This document shows positions 1 to 13,061 of a DNA stretch of 64,000 bases, one piece after another. The stretch covers positions 61,256,001 to 61,320,000 of the forward strand of contig OX597831.1 in NCBI GenBank assembly GCA_951406725.2, read 5' to 3'. Under the pieces are notes generated by a model that was not told the DNA's origin, ran no database searches, and saw only the letters and a list, made by a program, of their open reading frames with translations. Both the position numbers and the translations under genes were made by a program. This DNA is from Octopus vulgaris. Lineage: Eukaryota. The first letter of the stretch is position 1; every line of letters starts with the position of its first letter.

Positions 1-505
1 CGACTGAGGAAATATCTGCTTGAAACGAGGATATGTTTTCGCCACATGCTGGTAGATTGTCAGCAACACTTTTGAAATGCCAGCGAAATTTCGGTGGCAG
101 TTAATCACTAAAGGAATTCTGTCATCTATTGAATTCTGGTTGCTAAAATTATGCGTGATGGTTTGACTATCTTTGCCTGTCTTAGCTATTTCTTTTAATC
201 GTGATTCACTATAATCGCGTTTGACACAATGATGTACAAAAGCATTTGCATGTTGCCAGTAATCTCTTATGTCAGTACAAATCTGTTTTATCCTCAAAAA
301 TTGCGATTTCGTATTTGTCCGAATAATGTGATGTGGATGATCGGAGTAGTGGTGGAGATAAATGGGGGATGACGTGGGCTTGTAAAATAACTCTGTCACT
401 ATTCTGCCTCTAGAAAATTTAACTTTTGTGTCCACAAATTCAACGATTCTTTTTGAAAAACTAGACGTAAATTTTATGTTGGGCTTAAAGCCATAGATTT
501 TAGCA
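1..505 (-). mobile_element. Penelope-like element RT C-terminal/thumb fragment (decayed, runs off window start)
   Basis: Hand translation of minus strand: FKPNIKFTSSFSKRIVEFVDTKV ... TELFYKPT ... YLHHYSDHPHHIIRTNTKSQFLRIKQIC ... IPLVI; matches PLE RT motifs (IKFT, FLD, YxKPT, HP, SQFLR.RRIC); frameshifted. Confidence 0.75.
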
Positions 506-899
506 CAACAGCCAGAGAAATGCAAGAAGCTATTTAAACTATACTGTCGACCCTATTGATGGCTTTAGATTCATCTAACTTGAACAGAGCCCCACCTTCG
601 TTACTCACCCTCTATGATGTAGCACATGAGGTGGAGGTTGTCGTGAATAGCTCTGGTTGGGATGGTGCATGTTTTATAAGGCATAATAACTAGAAAATAT
701 GAAAAATATGCCATTGGCAAGCGGCAAACAATACTGCAAATTTAGAGATAAGAATGAATTTAAAGAATGAAGCTCCTCTGTATTGGGAAAGGTGATGATA
801 AGGTACTGCCTTTTTCCACTCTCTTTCTCTACGGTGCTAAAAGTCTTATCCAACGTGTTAATCAAGAACTAAATAACAGTATTCTTAACATCTGCATCG

Positions 900-1560
900 T
901 ACAACTTGGTTGTTGCGAATTAACTCAATTTGCACACTGCAAATGATAAACAACTAAAAATACAGAATGGAGAAATTGATAAGTAATTCTTTCAATAGAA
1001 AATACAAAAATTAAGAACATTAATACCAAGCTTCAACAATAAATTTGGATAATTACCCCTAATACGAAAATAGATAATTTAGAAATAATAAACTAGAAAG
1101 TCTATGACATGTACAAATGATGTAATTGGTAAATAAGGACTAATATAGACTGATATTATAACACGTAAAGCAGAGCTAGATCTACCGGTTTGATAACAGA
1201 TATCCGTACTCTAACTGTCCCTGAAATATCTAATCGTTAGAATATTGCCCACTAGGTGCTAAATAAATTAACCAGGCTAGATAGAAAAGCAAGCAATAAC
1301 TGCATTGAGAATTCATCCCATCTCGTGCAAAAATATTAGGCTTGCCAGCCATACAGTTAGTAGAGGCTTTGTGGAACTGGAAATATATTATAAACTCTCC
1401 TCTGTAGGATTAAAGTGATTCTGGTAAAGAAACTGCCAAACAAGTTCAAACAGCTGCTACAAATCACAAATAAAACCAAATCTATTTACAAAGACGCCAA
1501 AAACTACAAAGGAGAGGCTGAAATCACAGATAATTATGAAGATAAAAAAAAAGAAAAGTA
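900..1560 (+). mobile_element. Highly decayed R4/Dong-like non-LTR retrotransposon fragment (post-RT region)
   Basis: Broken translation gives LTRLDRK..., HP and RGFVELE.YYK, resembling R4-clade IDRKTRK...HP...GRGL..LE; many stops. Confidence 0.45.
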
Positions 1561-2189
1561 GCAAGGGTCACTTGGCTTATTCCTATAGATAGAAGGCAAC
1601 CTGGCCTTCCGTTTAGTTGTAAATGTTTCTATTTTAAATTTTATAGATCCCTTTGTTTTTTGTACTGTCAAGATATTTTCTTTCTAGTTTGCAGCTTCTT
1701 GTGTTGTTTTAGAATCTAAATATGTTGATATGTTATATATTGCTTTCATGTACATGTTCTGTGAAATGCTTATGTGTTGTTCAATAATTCTTTGTTGTTT
1801 TTATCTATGGCGGTATAGTTTATGATGTCTGCTGGCGCTATTCTTGTCGTTTGTTTAAGGGCAAACTGAACTGTGTTGATTGGCAGGAGAATTGTTGCTT
1901 GTACTGTATTCTCTCATCAAATCATCCAGCTTTTTTGTGAGCACATATTTCTTTCGTCTTATTTTCTTTTTCTTTCTCTTCTTGTAGGTATATTCGTTCT
2001 GCTTTTTATCTTTCTTGCCTTCGCCGTTGGCCATAAGTGATCTGAAAGTAGAGTGGTATTTCTTTTAATATTGTGCTGGGGTTGGCAGATTTTGTTGCTA
2101 ATGGTAACAATATTGCTTCTATTGTTGCTGCTTTGGTGTTTCTATTTCTATTTTGGTTAGTGCTACTGATTCTAATGCTGTTGTTGCTC

Positions 2190-2190
<1 letters not shown>

Positions 2191-2246
<56 letters not shown>
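2191..2246. repeat. (CTG/CAG)n trinucleotide microsatellite
   Basis: About 18 perfect CTG units; source of the poly-L and poly-A ORFs. Confidence 0.95.
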
Positions 2247-2248
<2 letters not shown>

Positions 2249-2559
2249 ATTACTTTTGCAATTGTTGTTGTTGTGGACGATCGTTGGCGTTGATGCTGTT
2301 GTGACATTATCGATAGCAGCTGTAAGGGATTTTTTATCCTCCCCTTTCTTATGGGCAGAAAGCTTTCAGAAGGTTTGTCTCACCTTATAAGTGACACCTT
2401 CGTTTCCTGCCCTCGACCACCACGAACAGTTGCAAATCCCTTTCGCAGATTTATCAGGTCTGAGATGGCTTCCATAACCTAGACAATATTAACGATATAA
2501 ATGAAAGTATTATAACAGAAGAAGCTATCACGTCTGACAAGTGTGCTACTCGGTTGTCA

Positions 2560-3620
2560 TTCAACAACTGTTCCAAAAGGATTTAAGATGAGCTAAGAAG
2601 GAATATTCAGGGTTACATATTTTTTATGGAATACTTTTGAGTATATAAGAATGTAGACGTTAGAAGTGTTGGTAACAGAATCCTCACAAACTGAAAAGCG
2701 AAAGGTACGTCTGATTCGTAAGAAAATAAGTTAATGAACTAAGCATGTATAATCCGTAGAAAAGAGTAGCTAATAGAAATTGTTAATCGTGTCTATATAG
2801 AACAGTAACAAGGAAATAATGATGGGTGGCGAAGAAACAGCTAATGAAAAAATTGTATTGAGGAAACGTTAAATGAAAAAGGATTTAACTACTTTGATAG
2901 AAATTAAGTTGTCATCAAAGTAGTACATAGAAACCATAGAAGCGGGGATGATGTGATTGACATTAAAAAAACATTCGATGGAAACATGCAAATGATACGC
3001 CATTAAACATTAGCTTTACCAGAAGACTTACAAGATGCAAAACGAAATGATCTAGCACAATTAAAAGAAACTTTAAATGATCCAGAAAACAGGAAAACTC
3101 CTAAAAGATAAAACTCAAGGTGCTGTTGGAGAATGTTACTACAGAAAACGTTTCTGGCGTCCATAGTTTAATATGTGCTGCTGCGGAAGATCTCTGTGAA
3201 AGACTGAGTGTAAAATACGAGGGGTGTATGAAAAATTTTGAGCCTTGAAGTCTTGTACCATGTTTTTTTTTGGGGGGGGGCGGCTCAAGACTGTTCATAC
3301 ACTCCTTGTATGCAGAGAAGAAAGATATCTGATGTAAAGAAAATACAGATCGAAAATTACATAAAACTGTGTAGAAAAGACCTCGGCAAGATAAATAAAA
3401 AGTTAGGTCAAAGGTAACTTAAGAAAAAAGGCGGCAAGTGAGAGAGAATTACAGCATATATGAGAAATGGTTTATTTCCGTGGTAGACCAGTTCAAGCAT
3501 AGAGTAAGTTTAAAATTAACCGAAATAAAATGTTATATCAAGAGAACAAATCAATTTGAGAATAACAGGCTTTCGGGATCAAATCAAATATAGTTTTTCC
3601 GTAATATTTAATATTTAACG
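2560..3620 (+). mobile_element. Decayed R4/Dong-like element, N-terminal region
   Basis: Fragments ENKLMN*ACIIRRKE*LIEI (cf. EQRLADQARAIRR..WL.E.E), VLLENVTTENVSGVHSLICAAA, ENNRLSGSNQ. Confidence 0.4.
3218..3308. mobile_element. Tc1/mariner-type MITE (~91 bp)
   Basis: 27-bp imperfect TIRs CGAGGGGTGTATGAAAAATTTTGAGCC / GGCTCAAGACTGTTCATACACTCCTTG, TA on both sides. Confidence 0.75.
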
Positions 3621-4062
3621 CACTGAGTTCGTTAACACTAAATCTGTAGTAAGAAACAGGATGGTTAACAAAATTTAGGATCATTCGGTTATACATAATG
3701 ATAATACAGACTAGATCAAGCAATTAAAACGGAACTTAGCAGTACAGAAACAAGCGCCAATTTCAACAACTAGGGACAATGTTCTGCAGCTTATAAAGAT
3801 TCTACCAAACTGAAAATACTCATGAGCAGAGGAGATCCAAAACTTTTAGATAAAACATATGAAATTATTACACAGCCAAATCAAGAATCATCTCAACGAA
3901 TCTTTGACACAATGGAATGTACTGAAGTGAATAACAGAGGGAAGAACGACTTTGGCAACGAAAGATGCAATGAAGGGGAAAACAGGAGGAAAGTATCGAC
4001 TAATCAGCTACCGCCTTCTGTCTTGAAAGTGAAAGAAAATCGTTGTGTGCGTGCGTGTGCGC

Positions 4063-4118
<56 letters not shown>

Positions 4119-4189
4119 ATGTATGTATGTATGTATATTTACATATGTATGTGTGTGTGTGCGCGTGCATCGCGTATATGTGTATCTTT

Positions 4190-4400
4190 GTGTCTGTGTT
4201 TGTCCTTTTCTACCGCTGGACAATTGGTGTTGGAGTGCTTTCGTCCCCGTAACTTCTCAGTTCGGCAAAATAGATCGATAAAATGTGTATCATGCTTTAA
4301 AAATAAGTACCGGAGTTGATTCATTCGACTACAAAAATCCACAAGTCGGTGCCCCAGCATAGCCGCAGTCTGATTATTGAAACGAGTAAAAGAAGACAAA
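4190..4400 (+). mobile_element. SINE family A, diverged 3' half, preceded by (TG)/(TA) microsatellite
   Basis: Similar to family A tail (gtccccgtaactt...gttcggcaaaa...taagtac...cagcat.gccgcagtc). Confidence 0.75.
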
Positions 4401-4580
4401 AGAAGATACCACAGTAGGATAATTAATGGGGGGGGGGAGAAAGGGAGGAAACTTTGGTTTTTAGCACCATGTCCCTTGTAAAACAATTGGGATACAAATC
4501 ATTTAACTGGTTTTAATTATCAAATGAATAAATTCAGTCAACAAATCCATTCTAAACTTCTTTATTGACTTCATAATTTC

Positions 4581-5126
4581 TACCGCTCTATGTCACGCTG
4601 GTGAGACTCATATTGGAGTACGGGATTCAAGCCTCTTCTCCTTATCTCCTCAAAGACATACATCATCTCGAAAGGGTCCAGAAGCTGGCTACCCGCATGG
4701 TTCTTGGTCTCAAGCATTTGTCTTATGAAGAAAGGCTGAAGACGCTCGACCTTTATTCTCTAGAAAAACGACGACGCCGTGGTGATCTCATTCTCGCTCA
4801 CAACATCATAAGCGAAAAGTGTAACCTCTCGAAAGAGCTGTTCTTCACTCCTGCTCCAGAGCGTCGGCTGCGGGGTCACTCCGAAAAGCTCTATCTGTGA
4901 CGATTTCATCTCAATCGAAGGAGAGAGGCTTTCTCCATCCGGGTTGCGGATCCGTGGAATAAGCTGTCGGACGAGATAGTGAAGATGCCGACGACCGTTC
5001 AGTTCAAAGTCTCACTTGACCAGAAATGGCCTGAACTCTTTGCATGAACACCCTCCCTGTACATAATTCCATGTCCCCCTACATGGCCTTGCTTTTTGTT
5101 TTTTGAGCCAAAAAATTAACTTAACT
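4581..5126 (+). mobile_element. 5'-truncated CR1-clade LINE (RT C-terminus and 3' UTR)
   Basis: ORF 4601-4900 LVRLILEYG...SPYLLKDIHHLERVQKLATRMV.GL..LSYEERL..LDLYSLEKRRRRGDLI...RLRGHS; ends in short TTAAC repeats. Confidence 0.9.
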
Positions 5127-5356
5127 TTCAGCAAATAAAGCATGAATTCTTTAAAAGGCAATTTGTTGTCATTATCTCTGCCCTTTCTCTTTTCTTGTCT
5201 TTTCTTTTCCTCCCTATCAAACTTTACTAAAATGTTGCTATTCAGAATACATCGAAACCCTGAAATATTATATGTTATATATGATATATATGAGAGTTAA
5301 AACGGCAAACAAATCCCCAATTTGTTTATACAATTTTATATAGCTTATCCTATCAG

Positions 5357-5709
5357 AAAATCCGGAGCTGGAGTCCCTAAGGCGGCCTGACACAACACGC
5401 AATCACCCGCAACTCCTGCGACGCATCTGGTACCAAGCTGTATCGACCCTGTCGTTCCCTTGGAGCTACCAGCTGCATGTAGAGGGGGATCAAACTCCAT
5501 GGGCAACAGTTGATCCCTCATAAAAAAAAACCTGCCCAGGCCTTGTAGCTCAACAGGAAGGGGATTGGAGAGGACACTCCAGCAGTATCGTAAGATTCTG
5601 ACGCAACACGGAAGTCTGCACAGCCACACCAGGAAGTGCAGATAAATCCATCACCTTTCCGAGCTACACCATCGTCTCTCGAGACGGACGGATGCCGACG
5701 ACGACGACG
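5357..5709 (+). mobile_element. Short retroposed element with (GAC)n tail (SINE or LINE 3' end, family unassigned)
   Basis: GC-rich block ending GCCGACGACGACGACG; near-TSD ATCCTATCAG (5347-5356) / ATCCTACCAG (5710-5719). Confidence 0.65.
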
Positions 5710-6073
5710 ATCCTACCAGCCACTATAAGAAGCAGCATTTTGCTTCTTAAACGATCACTCTATGTTCTAGTTAGATTCTCACTCACATCTCCCGATATGC
5801 TTTACAACAATTTATTCTAGCTTATCGAAGTTTACAGCGACTTTGCTCTTAATTCTAATTGCTGTTTAACTTTTCCTGTTTCAAACACATAATGATGATA
5901 AAAGTTAATGTGTATACTAAGCATTGCTTTCTTTACAATCGAGCCCTGAAAATCTTTTCAGTGATTAAACCTAGCAAAATATCATTTACGTTCAAATTTC
6001 TTCGATATATGCCATATTTAACCACTTACTTAACTTTAAGCATATTTTGATTGGTTAACTATTCCTTCTTCCT

Positions 6074-6077
<4 letters not shown>

Positions 6078-6133
<56 letters not shown>
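6078..6133. repeat. (TC)n microsatellite
   Basis: Perfect dinucleotide run. Confidence 0.95.
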
Positions 6134-6138
<5 letters not shown>

Positions 6139-6227
6139 TACTTTCAATTTAACTTCGGTCTCTTTCCTACCCCTTCCTTTCCCCATAAGTGCAGCGATTG
6201 ATTTCTACCTCAATAATTCTCATTTTT

Positions 6228-6241
6228 GTTTCCATAGCAAC
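6228..6241. promoter_or_regulatory. Candidate RFX X-box
   Basis: GTTTCCATAGCAAC is a near-palindromic match to the RFX X-box; in non-repeat DNA; no linked gene seen. Confidence 0.3.
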
Positions 6242-6625
6242 ACGCCGCTCTCGTATCGTTACACCAGTAAATGACATGTTTTAATATTTTTATAAAGCAA
6301 TCCTCTCCCGATATTATAGCTTTGTGAAAGAATAAAGGGAAATAGTTATATTTTGATTTGCAATATAAATGAATTCTGCGTGATCTAGCCTCATTCAAAT
6401 TTTCTGCTACAAAACGTTTGGTTTCCGAAGTTGTACACCATCAGGCTGTGCAAAACAAGCGAATCTCTACGTGACAAGTAGTATAATGCTAGTAGGTATA
6501 CACAGCCAGTAGCGGATGAATGAATTGAATAACAGACTGATGTTAAGACTAACTTCCAAGGACAATGTGCCACAGAGAAATCAACATAGATACATACACG
6601 GATAGTAGATAGATAGATAGATATT

Positions 6626-6695
<70 letters not shown>

Positions 6696-6696
<1 letters not shown>

Positions 6697-6849
6697 GCGC
6701 AGGAGTGGCTGTGTGGTAAGTAGCTTGTTTACCAACCACATGGTTCCGGGTTCAGTCCCACTGCGTGGCACCTTGGGCAAGTGTCTTCTACCAAGGCCTT
6801 GTCAGTGGATTTGGTAGACGGAAACTGAAAGAAGCCAGTCGTATATATG

Positions 6850-6886
<37 letters not shown>

Positions 6887-7114
6887 CTATGTGTGTGTGT
6901 TTGTGTGTCTGTGTTTGTTCCCCTAGCATTGCTTGACAACTGATGCTGGTGTGTTTATGTCCCCGTCACTTAGCGGTTCTGCAAAAAAGATCGATAGAAT
7001 AAGTACTGGGCTTACAAAGAATAAGTTTCGGGGTCGAGTTGCTCGACTAAAGGCGGTGCTCCAGCATGGCCGTAGTCAAATGACTGAAACAAGTAAAAAA
7101 AGAGTAAAAAAAAG

Positions 7115-7116
<2 letters not shown>
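6696..7116 (+). mobile_element. SINE family A, full length, inside an (AGAT)n tract
   Basis: tRNA-like head (A box TGGCTGTGTGG, B box GGTTCAGTCC), CORE-like ACCTTGGGCAAGT, internal (TA)/(TG) tract, tail ...AAATGACTGAAACAAGTAAAA; AGAT repeats on both sides. Confidence 0.9.
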
Positions 7117-7182
<66 letters not shown>

Positions 7183-7834
7183 GATAGATAGATAGATAGG
7201 TAGGTAGGTACGTAGGTAGGTAGGTAGGTAGATACGCCTGTGCATGTATGTGTATATGCATACCTATGTAATACAATGTCGAAAGACGTAATTCAACAGG
7301 TACATACATTAAGTGTTCAGGTCGCATTAGTGCCTAAACTCTAGCTTTAAATGCAGGGTTGTGGTAGCTTCTTAAACAAAAATTATATATTGATAATGTA
7401 CAGAATAAAAACTTTGACAGGCAGGCAACAGATATCAAAGCAGATTAACATATTTTTATTAATACATGTAAGTTCTTAATAGTTGTAATGTGAACAGGCA
7501 GCCCCCAGGACAAGGTAGAAACAGCTGTAAAGAACTAACCAAATGCCTTTTTTTCTATCATTTCCGACGTTTCTACTTTGTGACAACTTTCATCTACCAA
7601 CCCAACTATGTTATATCAATATTTTGGCTATATGTTTACGTCGTAACTGTTAATAATCTTTCCATAGTCGAAACTTTTTCCAGCCGCTTACTATATATAC
7701 TTCTTTATACATTTGTCCATTTCTATATGCTGTATAATTATAATCTCGTAATCTTACTTAAAATCAGTTGTCTACTTTTATGTAATATTGCTGTGTTGGT
7801 GTTGATGCTTGCTCATCTTGCTGTTGTTAATACC

Positions 7835-8077
7835 TATTTCTTTATTACCCACAAGGAGTTAAACATAGAGGGGATAAACAAGGACAAACATAGGTATTAA
7901 GTCGATTACATCGACCCCAGTGCGTAACTGGTATTTAATTTATCGACCCCGAAAGGATGAAAGGCAAAGTCAACCTCGGCGGAATTTGAACTCAGAACGT
8001 AACGACAGACGAAATACCGCTAAGCATTTCGCCCGGCGTGCTAACGTTTCTGCCAGCTTGCCGCCTTAATTAACACC
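7835..8077 (-). mobile_element. SINE family B, full length
   Basis: Head GGCGGCAAGCTGGCAGAAACGTTAG, B box GAGTTCAAATTC, central GACTTTGCCTTTCATCCTTTCGGGGTCGATAAA (resembles Meta/MESC core, from memory); 15-bp TSD GCTGTTGTTAATACC (7820-7834, 8078-8092). Confidence 0.9.
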
Positions 8078-8742
8078 GCTGTTGTTAATACCCTTTTCAC
8101 GAACTTGGTTGATGGTCTTGCTTTTCTTTACACTTTGTATTTTTTCTGTGTCCCTTTCTCACGATTAGATTATCACAGCACCAATTATATCTCGTTTGGG
8201 CAGGTGCTCTTTTACTCTCAAAAGCTGTACTCCAAGGTGCCTCTCTCTCTCCTTAAACCTACAGACCTTGTCTTATGTCACATTTGTACAAATGTGTTGG
8301 TATGACGTCACGCACCATTAGCATCAAGAAGGAGACAGAGAAATGGTCTACTCTTCGCCGATCTGCTCACGTGATCTTCCTCCTAAGAAGGTCCGATTTG
8401 ATCCAGCCTCCCCAGGCTACTAGCTCCACGGCTCTTGGGCTTCTTTCTTCCATTCTGTCAAGAATGTGTTTTAGTTGCCCTTGGTATCAGCCATTCCCGA
8501 TCGATGAAGTTTCATACCTAAATTTTTCGGTACTCAATACCAAACTTTTGACATGATTAATCCTTTCTGTGGTTCGTTTTTTTTTTTCGTGCCTTATATG
8601 AATTTTGTTCTTCTGTTAAATACATTTTCCCGATGCTCCTTGAGGAGAATTCAATATTAGCTGTTATTTCATACCTGTCCTTAAATTCATTACCTAGCCT
8701 AATTATGTTATTGGTTTCATGGGCGCAAACTTGGGCAACATA

Positions 8743-8947
8743 GGAAGGGGTGCTGAAAAGGTCCTGGCTTTAAGAGCATTGCGAAAGGCTTGGTTGATGG
8801 CCCAAACTTCCGAATTCTTTTATGGGGCTTAGAAAAACTGAAGGACCGCTGCAATCAGAGAGAGTTAAATGTTGAATAAAGCCATAATTAACTGATCCTT
8901 CTGTATTTTCTTTAACACAAAGCCAACACCTTTTCAGCCACCCGTGG
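8743..8947. mobile_element. Mariner-derived MITE
   Basis: Imperfect TIRs GGAAGGGGTGCTGAAAAGGTCCTGGCTTT / AAAGCCAACACCTTTTCAGCCACCCGTGG flanked by TA. Confidence 0.7.
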
Positions 8948-9427
8948 TAGTTACTGATCTCTTCCGCTTGTTACAATACGTGTTTCATATGACATCAATA
9001 CAGATTTGAGACCACGACCACCATCCTTGAGTGGGAAATATAGCCTGTCTACATCTCCATTCGCGTTGAAGTTTCCTGTTACACTCAGCAGCTTACTAGT
9101 TCGAACATCTATCTCACTTAGGTCTTGTAGTGACCTGTTCAGAAGGTGTGAGAACGAGCACTACAAAGATGTAGGCAATATGCTTGTTGTAAGCTGAGAG
9201 TCCTAATGACCAAATTTGCATTTTACAGAGCTATACTCCTGCTCTTCTGAACTCGAACCTCGCCAGTGGAGGCATTGTATTGTGTTTGTGTGCGTGTGTG
9301 TGCGTATGTGTATCTGATTGGGCCAAACGCTCACCTATCAATATCAGCCAAATTTTAAGAATATAAACTTTAACTGTCCAATACTACATATATTTATAAA
9401 TAAACCAGTTGGATTAATAGATAGATA

Positions 9428-10297
9428 CCAGGTGCGTTGAAAATATATCGGTATTTGTTTTCGAAACTAATGTCGTGTGGGCAAAATTCTTTGAGGCCAC
9501 CCTTTCTGAGCATGCGTGAAATTTTTTGCGACAGTAGGCCGCGTCAGTTCCCGCTTGGTACGCCTAGAGTAGAGACGTGAGGTGCACGCTCGGCGGATTT
9601 TTGTTTCCACGCACGATGACCAAACGCATCAAGCCGAAACCATAAACCCATGCCTCATCACCAACGATGGTGCTCTTTATGAAGCCTGGTTCGGGAATAA
9701 CACAGACCAGCGTGCTCTGAGCAATTTCCATGCTGCTCCGGCATCATCTTGGGATCGAATTTTGCCCACCCTCTTCACATACACAAATCCTCCATTATAA
9801 TGGTATGCACAGATTCTCTGCTTATTCCTACTTCGTAAGTAATATCCTAGATTGTTTACTTGATGGTCTTCCATGGAAATGCATTGAACCGTCTCAACTG
9901 GTGCTTCGTTTCGGCTTACAGATGGCGTACCTGAGCGTGGCACGTCTCAATTGAGGTCTGGCTATGTTTGAAGTGTTTGCACCACTTTTTGGTCTGAATT
10001 TTGTTCGTGCTATCATCGCCAAAGAACTCCTGAATTCTCTGGACGTTTTGAGTGTGAAATTAACCAAGCATTTCGTAAAACTTGTTAAAATATCTCTGCT
10101 CGAATGCGTTCGGTCGTCCTTCTTGAAAACGAAAATCCGACGAACGCCCACTACATGTCTCTACTCTTGTTATAACAGACGAGAACTGATAAAACCTACC
10201 GGCGCGAAAATTTTCAACTCTAACCCAAAGGATTTTCCTCACGCAGCATTAGTTTTAGCAGGAAAAATAAAGTCGGATACCTTTTGAGCGCTCCTCG
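9428..10297 (-). mobile_element. Internally deleted mariner transposon (transposase N-terminal HTH remnant)
   Basis: Imperfect TIRs with TA flanks; minus-strand pieces EQRYFNKFYEMLG, KKWCKHFK, PRSGTPSVS...ED, VGISRESVHTII.EDL...AKFDPKM. Confidence 0.8.
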
Positions 10298-11073
10298 TAG
10301 ATAATAGATAGATAGACAAACAGACAGACAGAAAGCAAGAGAGAGAGAGAGAGAGAGAGAGATGGCTGTTTGTGCAAATATGTTCGTGTGTGTGTCGATA
10401 TTTGTAAGTTATAACTTCTGTGTTTACTGTATTACGGTAAGGAAAGTGGCAGAGAAAGTGAGACACAGTGCGATAGAAACTGTGAGAAGAAAAGTTTTAG
10501 TATGGAATTAGGTAACAGCAGTGTGGATATTGGTTTAATTTAGCGTTGTAATATAATTTTACGTTTAGTATGCTTATGTAATTGGTCATATTGCGATTGC
10601 ATAATTGTGGAAATGTACGATAATTATATAAGTTCACTGACTTTTATAATAGTTATAGCAATATGCTGGTATGTTGAGTACAAAAATAGAGATACGCAAA
10701 TATACAGTGAAACTCTAAATAATAATGTGTTTGCTGAATGAAAACATCTGCAACTTGATTGCAGTTTTGTTGTAAATAAAAGGAGACAATAAAAATTTGC
10801 CTAATGGTTGAATAGTTTGTTTTGCAAGCACAAAGACTCCGCTTTCGATTCCTCTATACGTCCTCTGTGGAAGATGTCACAGTATATAACCTCCAGGTGA
10901 TCTATAACTTGCAAGAGTATTTAGATAAATGTAAAAACTGTATCGACTGATTGTACTTGAGAATCATGTCAAATGTATACATATATAAAGAAAGTTGGGA
11001 AAATCACTTACTAATTCAATAAGAGATCCATTTGTGTGTGTGTGTGTGCGTGTGTGTGTGTGCGTATACATGC

Positions 11074-11118
<45 letters not shown>

Positions 11119-11259
11119 CGGAAAATGAGAGTTTAAAGTGTTGTGGTGCACTGTCTTTGTGCTTTATTAATTAACTGAGCACTTAAGATACAGATGTGTA
11201 AATAAGATGGAAACCATGAATTTCATGTCGTACGCATTGGTATGCAACGAGGTAACGAA

Positions 11260-11550
<291 letters not shown>

Positions 11551-11564
11551 GAAACATATATATA

Positions 11565-11605
<41 letters not shown>

Positions 11606-11611
11606 ATATAT

Positions 11612-12223
11612 CTTAGTTTGCCTGGATCATCAGACGGTGATATCAGCATCATGCAATCACTAATAAGCGGTACGTTCACAAAATGGTCAGAGGCGCCGAG
11701 AGCAATCAAGTCATTATGCTTCGTTCGAGACATAACTACTTGTGTGAAGGCTCCTCCTTCACTGCTCCTCACGTGTAGCTCCTCAGATTTAATATCCGAA
11801 TCCTGAAGTATCGTTTGTGTCACGAGGTTCACACTTTTCAAACCACTACCACCATTACGACTCTTAGATTTAGGCCAACGTTGATTTCTGAAAACATGCG
11901 CCATCGAAATTATGATTCCCATGTTGCTAAAATATCTGTATCATGTAGCCTCCACGTCCACAAAAGACTTTGCCTTCAAACCGACTTCAAGACATGGCGC
12001 AGGAGTGCTGTGTGGTAAGTACCTATAGGCACAGGAGTGGCTGGAGGCTAAGTAGCTATAGGCGCAAGAGTGGCTCTGTGGTAAGTAGCTTGCTTACCAA
12101 CCACATGGTTCCGGGTTCAGTCCCACTGTGTGGCACCTTGGGCAAGTGTCTTCTATCATAGTCTCGGGTCGACCAAATCCTTGTGAGTGGATTTTGTGGA
12201 CGGAAACTGAAAGAAACCCGTCG

Positions 12224-12308
<85 letters not shown>

Positions 12309-13061
12309 TTGTGTGTCTGTTTTTGTGCCCTCCCCCCCACATCACTTGACAACCGACGCTGGTGTGTTTACGTCCCCGTAACTTAGCGGTTCGGCAAAAG
12401 AGACCGATAGAATAAGTACTAGGCTTACAAAGAATAAGTCCTGGGGTCCTATTGCTCGACTAACAGGCGGTGCACCAGCATGGCCGCAGTCAAATGACTG
12501 AAACAAGTAAAAGAGTAGATCTGAATTTGAATTTTCCTCTCTCGATACAACCTTGGGGGAAAGGAGATGAGAGAGATCACTTAATCTGGCGTTCCCTGTA
12601 GTGTGCATTTTCTTGAAATTCTCCTTTAGGGCAGCCGTTTAAGAACACTGTTACCAGTTTCGAAGTGATCGTCCAAAAGCTCTCGCCGCGACTTTGTATA
12701 TTCTTGCTCCGACCTTCCTTGCAGGGTAGAGTGGATGATAGGTATTTTAGGGTTGATGTCATTCAGATAAGTGATTATACTGTTCAAAAAGGTAGGGCAT
12801 TCTTTAGGGATCCCGCTTTCACAGAAGTTAGTGTTAATTCCTTCTATCTCTCGAATGACCAACATGCTTGGCAAGAGATTGGCGCATGTCATAAATACTC
12901 TGGTAGATGTTACACAAACATGTGCTATACCAAATACAGCCTTCACCTCAGGCGTGGTAAAGAACCTGGCATAGACAGGGGTCCTGATATTTAGATCAGT
13001 CGAAAGTTTTTCGACGGGGTTCACCATCAATATTTTACGGCTATCCTCACGACGACTTGTC
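11612..13061 (-). pseudogene. Decayed ORF of unknown family (~300 codons) interrupted by a SINE
   Basis: High-complexity minus-strand ORFs 12626-13030 and 11566-11922 flank the SINE at 11996-12517; only a few stops/frameshifts; no motif recognised. Confidence 0.5.
11996..12517 (+). mobile_element. SINE family A with triplicated 5' end
   Basis: Three tandem ~32-33 bp copies of GGCGCAGGAGTGGCTGTGTGGTAAGTAGC, then the full body. Confidence 0.9.

Noticed and set aside
2073-2390. Poly-Leu membrane-protein-like ORF and antisense poly-Ala ORF
   Set aside because: Explained by the (CTG)n tract; no domain or splice support.
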